Below, piece after piece: positions 25,083-37,500 of a stretch of 64,000 bases of DNA (its first letter is position 1; the number at the start of each line of letters is the position of its first letter). The position numbers were made by a program, and so were the translations under genes. Under the pieces are notes generated by a model. It saw only the letters and a list, made by a program, of their open reading frames with translations, was not told the DNA's origin and ran no database searches. Origin of the DNA: Felis catus (Eukaryota); contig NC_058369.1 in NCBI RefSeq assembly GCF_018350175.1, positions 17,424,001-17,488,000 on the forward strand, given 5' to 3'.

Positions 25083-25143
25083 AACAAATAAACATTAAAA
25101 AAAATTTTTAATACATGCATGTGAATCTGTAATTATCTCAAAA
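23843..25143 (+). mobile_element. L1MC-type element: 5' UTR (23843-~24370) joined to 3'-end fragments; SINEs inserted at 24615-25110
   Basis: CTTCTGCTTTGGGGAAGAT...AAAGGTGGAGAGAAGAAGGCAG...GCTAGGGACCTC resembles L1MC 5' ends; TTTCTTACAACTGCATGTG|AATCTGTAATTATCTCAAAA is the L1MC terminus. Confidence 0.65.
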
Positions 25144-25505
25144 CGCAAAACAAACAAACAAAAAACACACAGAATTTAATAAACAGAATTGAGGAGCACC
25201 TGGCTGGCTCAGTCAGTACAGCATGTGACTTGATCTCAGGGTTGTAAATTCAAGCTCCATGTTGGGTGTAGAGATCACTTCAAAATAAAATCTTTTAGGA
25301 GGCCACTTGGGTGGCTCAGTCGGTAGAGTCGTCTGACTTCAACTCAGGTCATGATTTCATGGTTCATGGGTTTGAGCCTCTGTGTCAGCAGGGCAGAGCC
25401 TACTTCGAATTCTCTCTCTCTCTCTCTCTTTCTCTCTCTGCCCCTGCCCAACTAGAGCTCTCCCGCTCTCTCAAAATAAATAAATTTAAAAGAATAAAAT
25501 CTTTT
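24615..25505 (+). mobile_element. Four Can-SINEs (24615, 24874, 25192, 25300)
   Basis: Heads and tails; the first has a 42-bp internal duplication. Confidence 0.88.
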
Positions 25506-26106
25506 TAAAATTTTAAAAAAACTACATTAAAAACTGACATATTAAATATTTAGACTTAAGGCAGGACAATGAGTTACTTATCCTTATGTAAAGGCAGGAC
25601 TATGAGTTACTCATCCTTATGTACTTAGTACCTAAGTTAAAACCTTGAACATATTAGACAGTCAACAAATACTAACTGAATTAGATTGAAAATATAAGCA
25701 CTTCAAAAATATAAAATGCTTAAAAACCTAGCAGTTCCATTTCACTGGCTTTAAATCAAGGAACACCTTAAAACTCAAGTGCAAAAAAAGTTGCTTTCAA
25801 GAAAGTAAGGTTTCCTGGAGTTTTTTCACAGAGAACAGTGACTCATTCTTAGACTATAATGAGCTAGAAAGATATTACCTCATCATTTCAGCCAATTTAT
25901 CGCTGGCTTGTTAAAAAGCAAGCAAGCTTGTATAGCTTATAAGTATTATGTATGTAACGTGAAAATCTGCATAAAGCAGTGCTTCTTTAGAACCAAAAAG
26001 CACACATAAACACTATGTATACCCATCCACTTCCAAATGCTTTTCAGACTGAAATTCTTCTTCTACTTGCCTAACTTTGATCAGTGTATTCAATTTTAAC
26101 TGGGTC

Positions 26107-27228
26107 TGGCTGAATGGGAAGCAGGCTTCACACCCAGTGCAGAGCCCAACACAGGGCTTCAAGTCACGACCCTGAGATCAAGAGTCAGACACTTAGGGGC
26201 ACTTGGGTGGTTCAGTCAGTTGGGTATCTGACTCAGTTTCAGCTAAGATCATGATCTCACAGTTCAAAGGATCAAGCCCTGCACTGGGCTCTGTACTGAC
26301 AGCATAGAGCCTACTTAGGATATTCCGTCTCCCTCTCTCTCCCTCTCTCTCCCTCTCTCTCTCTCTCTCTCTCCCCCCCCCATTTGTGCATGCACATGCG
26401 TTCTCGTTCTCAAAAAAAAAAAAAAAGAGCGGCACCTGGGTGGCTCAGTCAGCTAAACATCCAACTCTTTCTCTCTCTTTCAAAAATAAACAAACATTAA
26501 GAAAAAAAAATTTTTTTTAATTTTTTTTTTAACGTTTATTTATTTTTGAGACAGAGAGAGAGAGAGCATGAACGGGGGAAGGACAGAGAGAGGGAGACAC
26601 AGAATCTGAAACAGGCTCCAGGCTCTGAACTGTCAGCACAGAGCCCGACGTGGGGCTTGAACTCACGGACCACGAGATCATGACCTGAGCTGAAGTGGGA
26701 CGCCCAACCGACTAAGCCACCCAGGCGCCCCAAGAAAAAATTTTTTAAATAAAGTCAACAGTAATAAAATGAACAATCAGATTTTTTAAATGAGCAAAAG
26801 ATGTGAACAAAAAACACCTCACCAAAGAAAATATATAGTGGCAAATAAGAGTATGAAAAGATGCTCCTGGGGCACTCGGGTGGCTCAGTCAGTTAAGCAT
26901 CTGACTCTTGATATCCGCTCATGTCTTTTTTTTCTTTTACTATTTACTTTTGAGAGAGAGACAGAGACAGAGAGAGACAGAGCACGAACAGGGGAAGGGC
27001 AGAGAGAGAGGGAGACACAGAATCCGAAGTAGGTTTGAGGCTCCAAGCTGTCAGCACAGAGACCGATGCAGGGCTCAAACTCACAAACTGCAAGATAATG
27101 ACCTGAGCTCAAGTCGGACACTTAACCAACTGAGCCACCCAGGCACCCCAATATCTGCTCATGTCTTGATCTCAGAGTCATGAGTTCAAGTCCTGCACTG
27201 AGCTCCACATTGGGTACGGAGCCCACTT

Positions 27229-27261
<33 letters not shown>
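26107..27261. mobile_element. Nested SINE complex (-26107-26195, +26196-26425, + deleted 26430-26510, -26510-26731, +26869-27261 hosting -26926-27149)
   Basis: TSD ATATC(C/T)GCTCATGTCTT around the last nested copy; A32 tail at 27230-27261. Confidence 0.85.
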
Positions 27262-27264
<3 letters not shown>

Positions 27265-28610
27265 CAAAATCCAGAACACTGACAACACCAATCTCAGACA
27301 AGGATGTGATGCCCCAGGAGTTCTCATTCAGTGCTGGTGGGAATGCTAAATGGCACAGACACTTTGGAAGACAGTTTGGCAGCTTCTTACAAAACTAAAC
27401 ATACCACTACCATCCAACCCAGCTATTGTGCTCTTTGGTATTTACCTAAATGAGCTGAAAACTAACACTCATGCAAAAACCTACACATGAATGTTTATAG
27501 CAGCTTTATTCAAAACTGTCAAAACTTAGAAGAAACCAAGATGTCCTTCAAAAGGTAGATGGATAAACTATAGTACACCCAGACAATGGAGTATTATTGA
27601 GCAAGAAAAAGAAATGAGCTACCAGAGATTTGCTATTTAACACTTTGCCTATAGTTAGCAATACTGTATTGTACACTTAAAATTTTATAATTCTAATTCT
27701 AAGAATTGTTATGTAATTCTAATGTTAAGTGTTCTTACAATAAAATAAAATTTAAAATGAGCTTTCAAGCCATGAAAAGATGTGAAGGAACCTTAAATGA
27801 ATATTACTAAATTAAAGAGGCCAATTTGAAAAGACTATAAACTATAGGATTCTAACAATATGACATTCTGGAAAAGGCAAAACAAACTACAGAGACAGTA
27901 AAAAGCTCAGTAGTTGAGGCACCTGGGTACCTCAATCAGTTAAGCATCCAACTCTTAATATTGGCTCAGGTCATGATCTCACAGCTTGTGAGACTGAGCC
28001 CTAGCTTCGTGCTGTCAGCATGGAGCCTGCTTAGGATTCTCCCTCTCCTCTCTCTCTGCTTCTCTCTCTCTCAAAATAAATAAATAAACATTTTTAAAAA
28101 AACTAATAATGGGGGCGCCTGGGTGGCGCAGTCGGTTAAGCGTCCGACTTCAGCCAGGTCACGATCTCGCAGTCCGGGAGTTCGAGCCCCGCGTCAGGCT
28201 CTGGGCTGATGGCTCGGAGCCTGGAGCCTGTTTCCGATTCTGTGTCTCCCTCTCTCTCTGCCCCTCCCCCATTCATGCTCTGTCTCTCTCTGTCCCAAAA
28301 ATAAATAAACGTTGAAAAAAAAAATTAAAAAAAAAAAAACTAATAATGTATCAATACTGCCTCATCAATTTTGTTTGTTTATTTATTTTAGGTAGGCTCC
28401 AAGCCCAAAATGGGGCTTAAACTCAAGACCCTGATTTAAGGAGTTGCATCCTCTACTAAACCAGTCAGGTGCCCTATGGCTCATCAGTTTTGATGACTGT
28501 ACCACACTAATGCAAGATTAAGTAGGGGAAACTGAGTTGGGAGGGTTGTCATCAGAGGAGGAGGCAGGAGGCTGTATATATGGAAACACTGTATACTTCC
28601 CACTCATTTT
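26750..28610 (+). mobile_element. L1MC-type 3' region with nested SINEs and a younger L1 3' tip (~27622-27755)
   Basis: GCTGGTGGGAATGCTAAATGGCACAG, CAAGATGTCCTTCA, TATGACATTCTGGAAAAGGCAAAAC; AAATGAGCT duplicated around the inner tip. Confidence 0.8.
28112..28332 (+). mobile_element. Young SINEC_Fc (in the tail of SINE 27917-28095)
   Basis: Diagnostic residues; TSD AAAAAAACTAATAATG. Confidence 0.95.
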
Positions 28611-28811
28611 TCTGGAAACCCAAAACTCCCTCCACCAAAACAAACAAGCAAACAAACAACCCACAACCACCACCACCTCCACATACTGGAAAACTCTTCA
28701 TTCTGCATTATTACTCTACATGTTATTATAGATTATACATTACTGTACCATCTCACTACCACCACTAGTCTCACTAATACCACTAACACTTCTAATTATA
28801 ACACAATCTAA

Positions 28812-28972
28812 CTTGCTATATAAAGTGTGATCTGTAGACCAGCAGGACCAGCATCACCTCATAGATTATCAAAAATGGAAAATCTTGGTCCACCCTCTGA
28901 ACCTTCAGAATCTCCATTAGAACAAGATCCTGAGATTCATATGCACACTAAAATCTGAGAAGCCCTAATCTA
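28812..28972. mobile_element. MER5A-type hAT-Charlie MITE
   Basis: AAAGTGTGATCTGTAGACCAGCAG...AACAAGATCC...TATGCACACTAAAATCTGAGAAGC. Confidence 0.7.
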
Positions 28973-28974
28973 GA

Positions 28975-29470
28975 GCTTCAGTTCAGGGGCCACACAGGGC
29001 AGGCAGGACAGAAATCAGGGCCCTCCCAAGGTTGTCTTTCCTATAAGGAGATACCCCACTATATCTCTGAAGGCGAACCAGATCTAAACCAAAGCCTAAA
29101 CTTCCCACAACCACAGGAGACAATACAAAAGCCTGCCTTAGTGGCAAAAGAACCAAAAATTCCTAAGAAATTATGGCCATGGAATACCCCTCATGTGCGT
29201 TGGCACCCTCATAAATCTGGATAAGCCAAGGACCCTCAAATTGTAAACCTAGTTTGGGATAATTGCCAACTAGTAATGCTACAGAACACCTGACAGAAAT
29301 GTACACCAAGGCTAACTGCAAAATAGCAACAATGTAAGCCAGAAGATACTGGAATGATAAATTCAATATGCTGGAAAAAAATAAAAGAAAACCTACAATT
29401 CTATACCCAGAAAAAGTATTTTTCAAGAATGACAGCAAAATACACATATGCACACTTAGAAGCTTTTTTG
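28975..29470 (+). mobile_element. Ancient L1ME/HAL1-like 5'/ORF1 remnant
   Basis: GCAACAATGTAAGCCAGAAGATACTGGAATGA...ATTCTATACCCAG...TTCAAGAATGA resembles the L1 ORF1 C-terminal coding region. Confidence 0.55.
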
Positions 29471-29669
29471 TGGACAAAGTCTTTGTTGTGGGTTAGATTG
29501 GTTTGTTTTTTGTTTTTTAAGAAATTTCTATGCCCAGTGTGGGGCTTCCAACTCACAATCCCAAGATCAAGAGGGCATGCTCTACCAGTGAGCCAGCCAG
29601 GCACCTCTGTAGGTTAAATTCTTGAAGGGATCTGTACCCAATAAAATTAAGAACTACTTACTTACCAAA

Positions 29670-30060
29670 ATCTTGAGAATCACTCAACCTAACCAGCTTC
29701 TCAGTATCCCTAAAATACCACTCAGGCTCTGCTTTAACATGAGTAGTCACAGGAAACTACCACCTAAGGAAGTTCCATTCCGCTTTTCTCTTTAACTTCT
29801 ACTTGACAGTTCTAGTTCTGCCAAAAAAACAAAATACTAAAACTAATCCCTCTTCCACTTGCCAGATCTTGATATATTTTTAAAAAGCTGCCAACATACT
29901 TCTCCAAGTGAAACATCTCTAATTCCTTAAATAGGGCCTCAAGTCACTTAATTTCTACTTTTATCACAAGCCAGACTGTCTTCCTCTGGATAGGCTCTAG
30001 ATTATCAAGGTCTCTGAAAATGTGGCTCTGAAAAATAACCACAATACCGAAGGTATGAAG
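29670..30060 (-). mobile_element. CR1/L3 fragment
   Basis: CTCTGCTTTAACATGAGTAGTCACAGGAAACTACCACC...TTCCATTCC...AATCCCTCTTCCAC. Confidence 0.5.
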
Positions 30061-30721
30061 TATTATGTTCCCCTCTAAGGGTCCTTATATTTTTAATCCT
30101 AAGAATCTATAATCTTCATGCTTCTACCTGACTGAATAATCTCAAAGGCACGGGGGCGCATGTCTGGCTCAGTTAGAGGGGCATACAAATCTTGATCTCG
30201 GGATTGTGAGTTCAAGCCCCACCCTGGGGGTAGAGATTCCTTAAATAAGTATTTTTTTAAAAGTCAACAAAGAAGCATGTGAAGAACTACTTTAAAGAAC
30301 AGTTAATGATAAATATTCAGCTCTACTAATTAAAACGTAATGAAAGGACCTGAACCTTTGGTTATGAGTCAATTCAACAAAGCACCCCTGAAATACATAA
30401 GGCATCCATATGAATCCACTTAGTCAAATTTGTAGAACACTTACAGTCTAATCATGACACCATTATTAAAACAGTCAGTGTGTGTCCTCTCTTCTATGTT
30501 ACAACTTACTTTTTAAAATCATCTGCAGTGCTTATCTGCTATACACCTAGGAGATATATAAATAACTGTGGTATGAAACTGGATGTAGTAAAAACAATAC
30601 TCAAGATTAAAGTTCAAGTCCTGATTCAGCTACAAATTCGGGATGTGACCTCAAAAAGAAAAAAATTATTCTGGGCCTCAAAGTGGTTGCTTAAGTCCAT
30701 GAATTTCAATAGCCAATTTAC

Positions 30722-30801
30722 TGTGTGTGTGTGTAAATATATATATATACACATATACATACACATGTATATGTATATGTATATGTATACACATATACAT
30801 A

Positions 30802-30854
<53 letters not shown>

Positions 30855-30879
30855 ATATGTATATATATATATATATATA
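30722..30879. repeat. Compound (TG)/(TA)/(GTATAT)n microsatellite
   Basis: Nearly uninterrupted purine-pyrimidine alternation. Confidence 0.95.
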
Positions 30880-31640
30880 ATTCAATTAAACCTAGAGGCA
30901 ATGCATTTTCCACTGAAAACACCGATATACCATCAAATCCATATGCACCAAAACTATTCTTTGACTTGGATTATTAGACAATACCTTATTAGTATTTTAA
31001 AAGGTACTTATCCTCGTCACATATCTCTTAATTCTCACAACAACCTGTCAGGAAGTTATGATGAGCACTCTGATTTTATACATAAACAGATTCACTGATT
31101 TGCCCCAGACCTCTTAGCTATTATGTGATAGCTGAAGACCCAAATCCTGGTCTTTGACATCTGGTCCAGTGCCATTAATACCATAATATAACTGTCTGCC
31201 ACCGGTAACTGCAGTTTGTTAATTGTGACAAGTCTACCTCAGACCCAGAGCAATTTGTTGTTCAAAGGTGGTCCCCATCCCTGAACTAATGAACTAATAA
31301 GCTGGTTGGTTTGCCCATAAGGGACCTCAGCAAGCCTCAGCCATATTAAGTACATACAATTGTTCACAATATCTTTCAATCATTTCTTTTGTTCCTATTA
31401 TTGTCACCCCCATTTTAGCTTGCTAAAGAACACATGCCTAAGTAGCCTACTGACATGCACTTCTAACTTATACACAGCTCAAGAGAATTACACTAAATAG
31501 ACAGTGATAGAGTATCAGGCAACTGACTGTATCAGAGAACCTCATTCTTAGTGATCCAATCTTGTCTTCAACTATTAGGTATCTGACTATGCAATACTGA
31601 TGTCACTATTGTGAAAAGCAGATGTTAAAAGTGAAATTTT

Positions 31641-32570
31641 GGGGCGCCTGGGTGGCTCAGTCGGTTGAGCGTCCAACTTCAGCTCAAGTCATGACCTCAC
31701 GGTTTGTGAGTTTGAGCCCCACATCGGGCTCACTGCTGTCAGTGCAGAGCCGGCTTTGGATTCTCTGTCCCCCTGTCGCTTTGCCCCTCCCCCACTCACA
31801 CTCTCAAAAATGAATAAACATTTATTAAAAGAATAAATAAGTAGGGGCACCTGGGTAGCTCAGTCAATTGGGTGTCCAACTTTGGCCCCCAGTCTGTGGG
31901 TTTGAGCCTCATGTCGGACTCTGTGCTGACAGCTAGCCTGAAGCCTGCTTCAGATTCTGTGTCTCCCTCTCTCTCCGTCCATACTCTGCTCACACTCTGT
32001 CTCCCTCTCAAAAATAAACATTAAAAAAATAAAGAAAAAGAAAGAAAAAAATTTTAATAAATATAATTTTTAAAGTGAATTTTTTCCATCAAAATAGCAA
32101 TTTTTTAATGAGCAATTTTTTAAATTATAATTCTCAATGCTAACAAGGGTCTGATGAGATGGTCTTTAAGTAAGAATGTGCAGTCTTCCAGAAAGAAATT
32201 TTGCAAAATGCACCAAAAGCTTTACACTTACGTACCTTCTGACCCAGTAATTAAATATATATTTAAGAATCTATCACAATATGGAGACTTACTGGAATCC
32301 AATTGGGACCGTCACACATTACTGCTGTTAAGGTCAAATGGTGCATCCCATTTTATTTTACTTCTTACTTTATTTTACTTTTTAATGTTTATTTTTGAGA
32401 AAAAGCATGAGCAGGGGAGGGGCAACAAGAGCGGAGGACAAAAGATCCAAAGTGAGCTCTGTGCTGGCTGACAGCAGTAAGTCAAGGTGGGACTCGAACT
32501 CATGAACCATGAGCTCATGACCTGAACTGAAGTTGGAATGCTCAACTGACTGAGCCATCCAGGTGTCCCT
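31641..32570. mobile_element. Can-SINEs +31641-31840, +31843-32050, -32350-32570
   Basis: Heads and tails; GGTGCATCC duplicated around the minus copy. Confidence 0.88.
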
Positions 32571-32589
32571 GGTGCATCCACTTTTAAAA

Positions 32590-33160
32590 ACACTTTTAGT
32601 CTGGTAGTTACTGAAGAGATGAAACAGCATTAATTACCATATAATCCAGCAATTCCATTCTTAAGTATATAACCAGGAGATATGAAAACATACATCCACA
32701 CAAAAACTTGTACATGAATGTTTATAGTAGTATTCACATAGCTAAAAATAGAAACAATTTAAATATCAATCAACTTATGGATAAACACAATGTAGATATC
32801 CAGACAATGGAAAATTATGTGCCCATAAAAAGGAATGAAGTACTAATACATGCTACAAGATGAATCGACCTTGAAAACAGTATGCTAACTGAAAGATGTA
32901 GGTACAAAAGGCCACCTATTATAATTCTATTTACATGAAATGGCCAGAATAGGCAAATCTGTAAAGAAAGTAGACTAGTGGTGGCCAGGGGTTATGGGGG
33001 AGAAGGCAGGGAAGTGATTGCTAATGCATACTAAGTTTCTTTTGGAGTGATGAAATATTCAAAAATTAGATACCAATGATGATAGAATGACTTAGTAAAT
33101 ATATTAAAACCAATGAACGTGTAAATTTTGTGTTGTGTAAATCATCTCAATAAATGTTTC
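32590..33160 (+). mobile_element. L1MB-type 3' end
   Basis: CCATATAATCCAGCAATTCC, ACATCCACACAAAAACTTGTACATG, CCAGAATAGGCAAATC, CATCTCAATAAA. Confidence 0.85.
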
Positions 33161-33319
33161 TAAAAAAGAAAATCTATCATAATAAAATCTGAAATATAAA
33201 CAGATCCTTATGCATAAAACAGCCCAAGATGAAAAATATGTCTTTATTCAATAACAAGGAAAAAATAAATCAGAACCTGTCAATATGATGCAACATTATG
33301 CAACCATTAAAGATTAAAG

Positions 33320-34228
33320 TTTTTTTAAAAAGTTTATTTCTGGGGCACCTGGGTGGCTCCGTCGGTTAAGCGTCCGACTTCGGCTCGGGTCATGATCTCA
33401 CGGTCCGTGAGTTCAAGTCCCGCGTCGGGCTCTGTGCTGACAGCTTGGAGCCTGGAGCCTGTTTCAGATTCTGTGTCTCCCTCTCTCTCTGCCCCTCCCC
33501 TGTTCATGCTCTGTCTCTCTCTGTCTCAAAAATAAACATTAAAAAAAAAAAAAAGTTTATTTCTTTGAGAGCGCACACGAGTGTGGAAGGGGCAGAGAGA
33601 AAGGGAGACAGAGAATCCCAAGAAGGCTCCACACTCAGCACAGAGCCTGATATGGGGCTCGATCCCATGAAACAGATTACAACCTGAGCCAAAACCCGTA
33701 TTTATTAAAAGCTATTGGGTCACCTGGGTGTCTCAGTCGGTAAAGCATCAGACTCTGACTCAGGTCATGATCTCACGGTTCCTGAGTTCGAGCCCCACCT
33801 CAGGCTCTGTGCTGACAGCTCAGAGACTGGTGCCTGCTTCAATTCTGTGTGTGTCTCTCTCTGCCCCTCCCCACTCACACTATGTGTCTCTCCCTCTCTC
33901 CCTCTCCCTCTCTCTCTCTCTTTCTCTCTCTCTCGCAAAAATAAACAAACATTAAAAAAATGTATTTTTGGGGCACCTGGGTGGCGCAGTCGGTTAAGCG
34001 TCCGACTTCAGCCAGGTCACGATCTCGCGGTCCGTGAGTTCGAGCCCCGCGTCAGGCTCTGGGCTGATGGCTCAGAGCCTGGAGCCTGTTTCCGATTCTG
34101 TGTCTCCCTCTCTCTCTGCCCCTCCCCCGTTCATGCTCTGTCTCTCTCTGTCCCAAAAATAAATAAACGTTGAAAAAAAAATGTATTTTTAAAAAAGCTA
34201 TTTAATCTTTGGGGCACCTGGGTGGCCC
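33320..34228. mobile_element. SINE cluster: minus host with plus insert (33342-33550), +33717-33960, young copy, short head stub
   Basis: TSD AAAAGTTTATTTCT around the first insert. Confidence 0.88.
33970..34174 (+). mobile_element. Young SINEC_Fc
   Basis: Diagnostic residues; TSD AAAAAAATGTATTTTT. Confidence 0.95.
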
Positions 34229-35314
34229 CATAGATCACATCTTAATTAAATAGAGCAGACTTAATAATACAGGTATATCCCATATCCCTTTACTTCACTA
34301 CTAGTGCTGAGAAATGGATTAGAGAAGGAACAATTGCATACTCTTGCTTTCTTCATCCATATAACCATGCAGCCTGTGGCTACTTTCAGAAATTTCTAAT
34401 TTGGCCTAGCCACCATAGTTATCTTGATTGCTGTTGGCACTAAGTTTATTTTAGCACTAAATTTTTACAATGAATACAGTAATTCTCAGCAACCCCATAA
34501 TTTACATATATTATTCACCACTACCATTACAATTCTTTAAGAAATCACTTTAATAATATAAATTTGCTACTCTTCCCTTTTTTGAAGAAGAGAATGCTTT
34601 TTAAAAGCATTTCTTCATATCTACTAATGAAAGGTAGACAGAACAATAAAAATAGAACAGGTCAGATCCTGCCCTTTGACAGCCAATGTTTTGTCTTTCT
34701 TGTCTCTCTGTGATTTAGTGATAAGAAGGAAAATGAAAATGAGCAAGCTTAAGTTTACCCAAGAAATAATGCAAACACAAAATTACCAACATAACCAATC
34801 ATATTATCTTAAATACTCCTAGGTTCATGAATGAACAATTCTGTGAATGAGGACAGAACACATTTCCAGAACATGTATCCCATAGAGAATACATAAAACC
34901 AAATTAAGATTCCCATTCCAACACACAGAAGTTTATAATATAAAGTATTCTGGGGGTGCCTAACTGGCTCAGCTGGAAGAGCATGCAACTCTTGATCTTG
35001 GGATCATGAGTTTGAGCCTCACACTGAGTGTAGAGATTACTTAATTTTACTTAGCAAAACTTAAAAAAAAAAAAAAAAAAAACCTGCAATCCCTATCGAA
35101 ATACCACCAGTATTTTTCACAGAGCTAGAACAAACAATCCTAAAATTTGTATGTGACCACAAAAGACCCCAAATAGCCAAAGCAATCCTGAAAAAGAAAA
35201 AACCGGAGGCATCATAATTTTGGATTTCAAGCTATATTACAAAGCTGTAGTCATTAAGACAGTAGGACACTGGCACAAAAACAGACACAGAGATCAATGG
35301 AATAGAATGGAGAT

Positions 35315-35543
35315 GGGGCGCCTGGGTGGCGCAGTCGGTTAAGCGTCCGATTTTAGCCAGGTCACGATCTCGCGGTCTGTGGGTTCGAGCCCCGCGTCAG
35401 GCTCTGGGCTGATGGCTCGGAGCCTGGAGCCCGTTTCCGATTCTGTGTCTCCCTCTCTCTCTGCCCCTCCCCCGTTCATGCTCTGTCTCTCTCTGTCCCA
35501 AAAATAAATAAACGTTGAAAAAAAAATTAAAAAAAAAAAAAAA
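35315..35543 (+). mobile_element. Young SINEC_Fc
   Basis: Diagnostic residues; TSD GGAATAGAATGGAGA (35299-35313, 35544-35558). Confidence 0.95.
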
Positions 35544-36514
35544 GGAATAGAATGGAGAACCCAGAAATAGACTGAAACCTATATGGTCAACTAATCTTCA
35601 ACAAAACAGGAAAGAATAGCCAATGAAAAAAAGACGGTCTCTCCAACAAACGGTGATGGGAAAACTGGACAGCGACATGCAGAAGAAGTAAACTGGACCA
35701 CTTTCTTACACCATGAACAAAAATAAATTCAAAATGAATGAAAGACTTAAATGTGAGACAAGAAACCATCAAAATCCTGAAGGAGAAAACAGCAACCTCT
35801 TTGACCTCAGCCAGAGCAACTTCTTACTAGACACAAAACAAACATGAACTATTGAGACTTCATCAAGATAAAAAGCTTCTGCACAGCAGAGGAAACAATC
35901 AACAAAACTAAAAGGCAGCCTACAGAATGAGAGAAGATATTTGCAAATGACATATCTGTAAAGGGTTACTGTCCAAAATCTATAAAGAACTTATCAAACT
36001 CAACACCCAAAAAACAAGTAACCCAGTTAAGAAATGGGCAGAAGACACAAATAAACATTTTTCCGAAGAAGACATCCAGATGGCTAACAGACACATGAAA
36101 AGATGCTCAACATCACTCATCATCAGGGATATACAAATCAAAGCCACAATGAGATACCACCTCACACCTGTCAGAATGGCTAAAATTAACAATACAAGAA
36201 ACAACAGATGTTGGCAAGGATGCAGAGAAAGCGGAACCTTATTAAAGAAAGGGGAATCCTCTTGCATTATTGGTGGGAATGCAAACTGGTGCAGCCTCTC
36301 TGGAGACCAGTATGGAGGTTCCTCAAAAAACTAAAAATAGAGCTACCCTATGATCCAGCAATGGCACTATTAGGTGTTTACCCAAAAGATACAAAAATAC
36401 AGATCCAAAGGAGTACATGCACCCCAATATTTATAGCAGCATTATCAAAAATAGCCAAACTGTGGAGAGCCCAAAAGTCCATCAACTAATGAATGGATAA
36501 AGAAGACATAGTAT

Positions 36515-36516
<2 letters not shown>

Positions 36517-36544
<28 letters not shown>
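36517..36544. repeat. (AC)14
   Basis: Perfect run inside the L1. Confidence 0.95.
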
Positions 36545-36547
<3 letters not shown>

Positions 36548-36581
36548 AATATTACTCAGCTATCAAAAAGAATGAAATCTT

Positions 36582-37500
36582 GGGGCGCCTGTGTGGCTCA
36601 GTTGGTTGAGCGTCCAACTTCAGCTCAGGTCATGATCTCACAGTCCGTGGGTTCAAGCCCCACGTCAGGCTCTGTGCTGACAGCTCAGAGCTTGGAGGCT
36701 GCTTTGGATTCTGTGTCTCCCTCTCTCTCTGCCCCTCCCCTGCTCATGCTCTGTCTCTCTCTGTCTCAAAAATAAATAAAAACATTTTTTAAAAAAATTT
36801 TTTAATAAAAAAGGAATGAAATCTTGGGGTGCCTGGGTGGCTCAGTTGGTTAAGTGTCTGACTTCGGCTCAAGTTATGATCTCACAGTTCATGAGTTCAA
36901 GCCTAGCACTGGGCTATGTGCTGACAGATCAGAGAGCCTGGGGCCTGCTTTGGAATCTGTGTCTCCCTCTCTCTGCCCCTCCCACATTCATACTGTCTCT
37001 CAAGAATAAATAAACATTTAAAAAAATTAAGGGGTGCCTGGGTGGCTCAGTCGGTTGAGCGTCCGACTTCAGCTCAGGTCATGATCTCGCAGTTCATGAG
37101 TTCGAGCCCTGTGTCAGGCTCTGTGCTGACAGCTCAGAGCCTGGAGCCTGTTTCAGATTCTGTATTTCCCTCGCTCTCTGCCCCTCCCCCACTCATGCTC
37201 TGTCTCTCTCTGTGTGTCAAAAATAAATAAACATTAAAAAAAATTTTTTTTAAACACATTTAAAAAAATTAAGGGGCACCTGGGTGGCTCAGTCAGTTGG
37301 GCATCTGACTTCAGCTCAGGTCATGATCTCCCAGTTCATGGGTTCGAGCCCCATGTCAGGCTCTGTGCTAACAGCTCAGAGGCTGGAGCCTGCTTCACAT
37401 TCTGTGTCTCCCTCTCTCTCTGGCCCTGCCCTGCTTGTGCACTTGCTCTCTTGCTCTCTCTCAAAAATGAATAAACGTTAAAATTTTTTTTTAATTTTTA
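36582..37500 (+). mobile_element. Four head-to-tail Can-SINEs (36582, 36826, 37031, 37273)
   Basis: GAATGAAATCTT target appears three times; ACATTTAAAAAAATTAA twice. Confidence 0.92.

Noticed and set aside
30480..31098. 165-, 123- and 98-aa ORFs with YV/YM/YT repeats
   Set aside because: Open only because the microsatellite lacks stops.
35980..36489. ORFs with L1 ORF2 C-terminal similarity as an active LINE
   Set aside because: Element is 5'-truncated, frameshifted and interrupted by SINEs.
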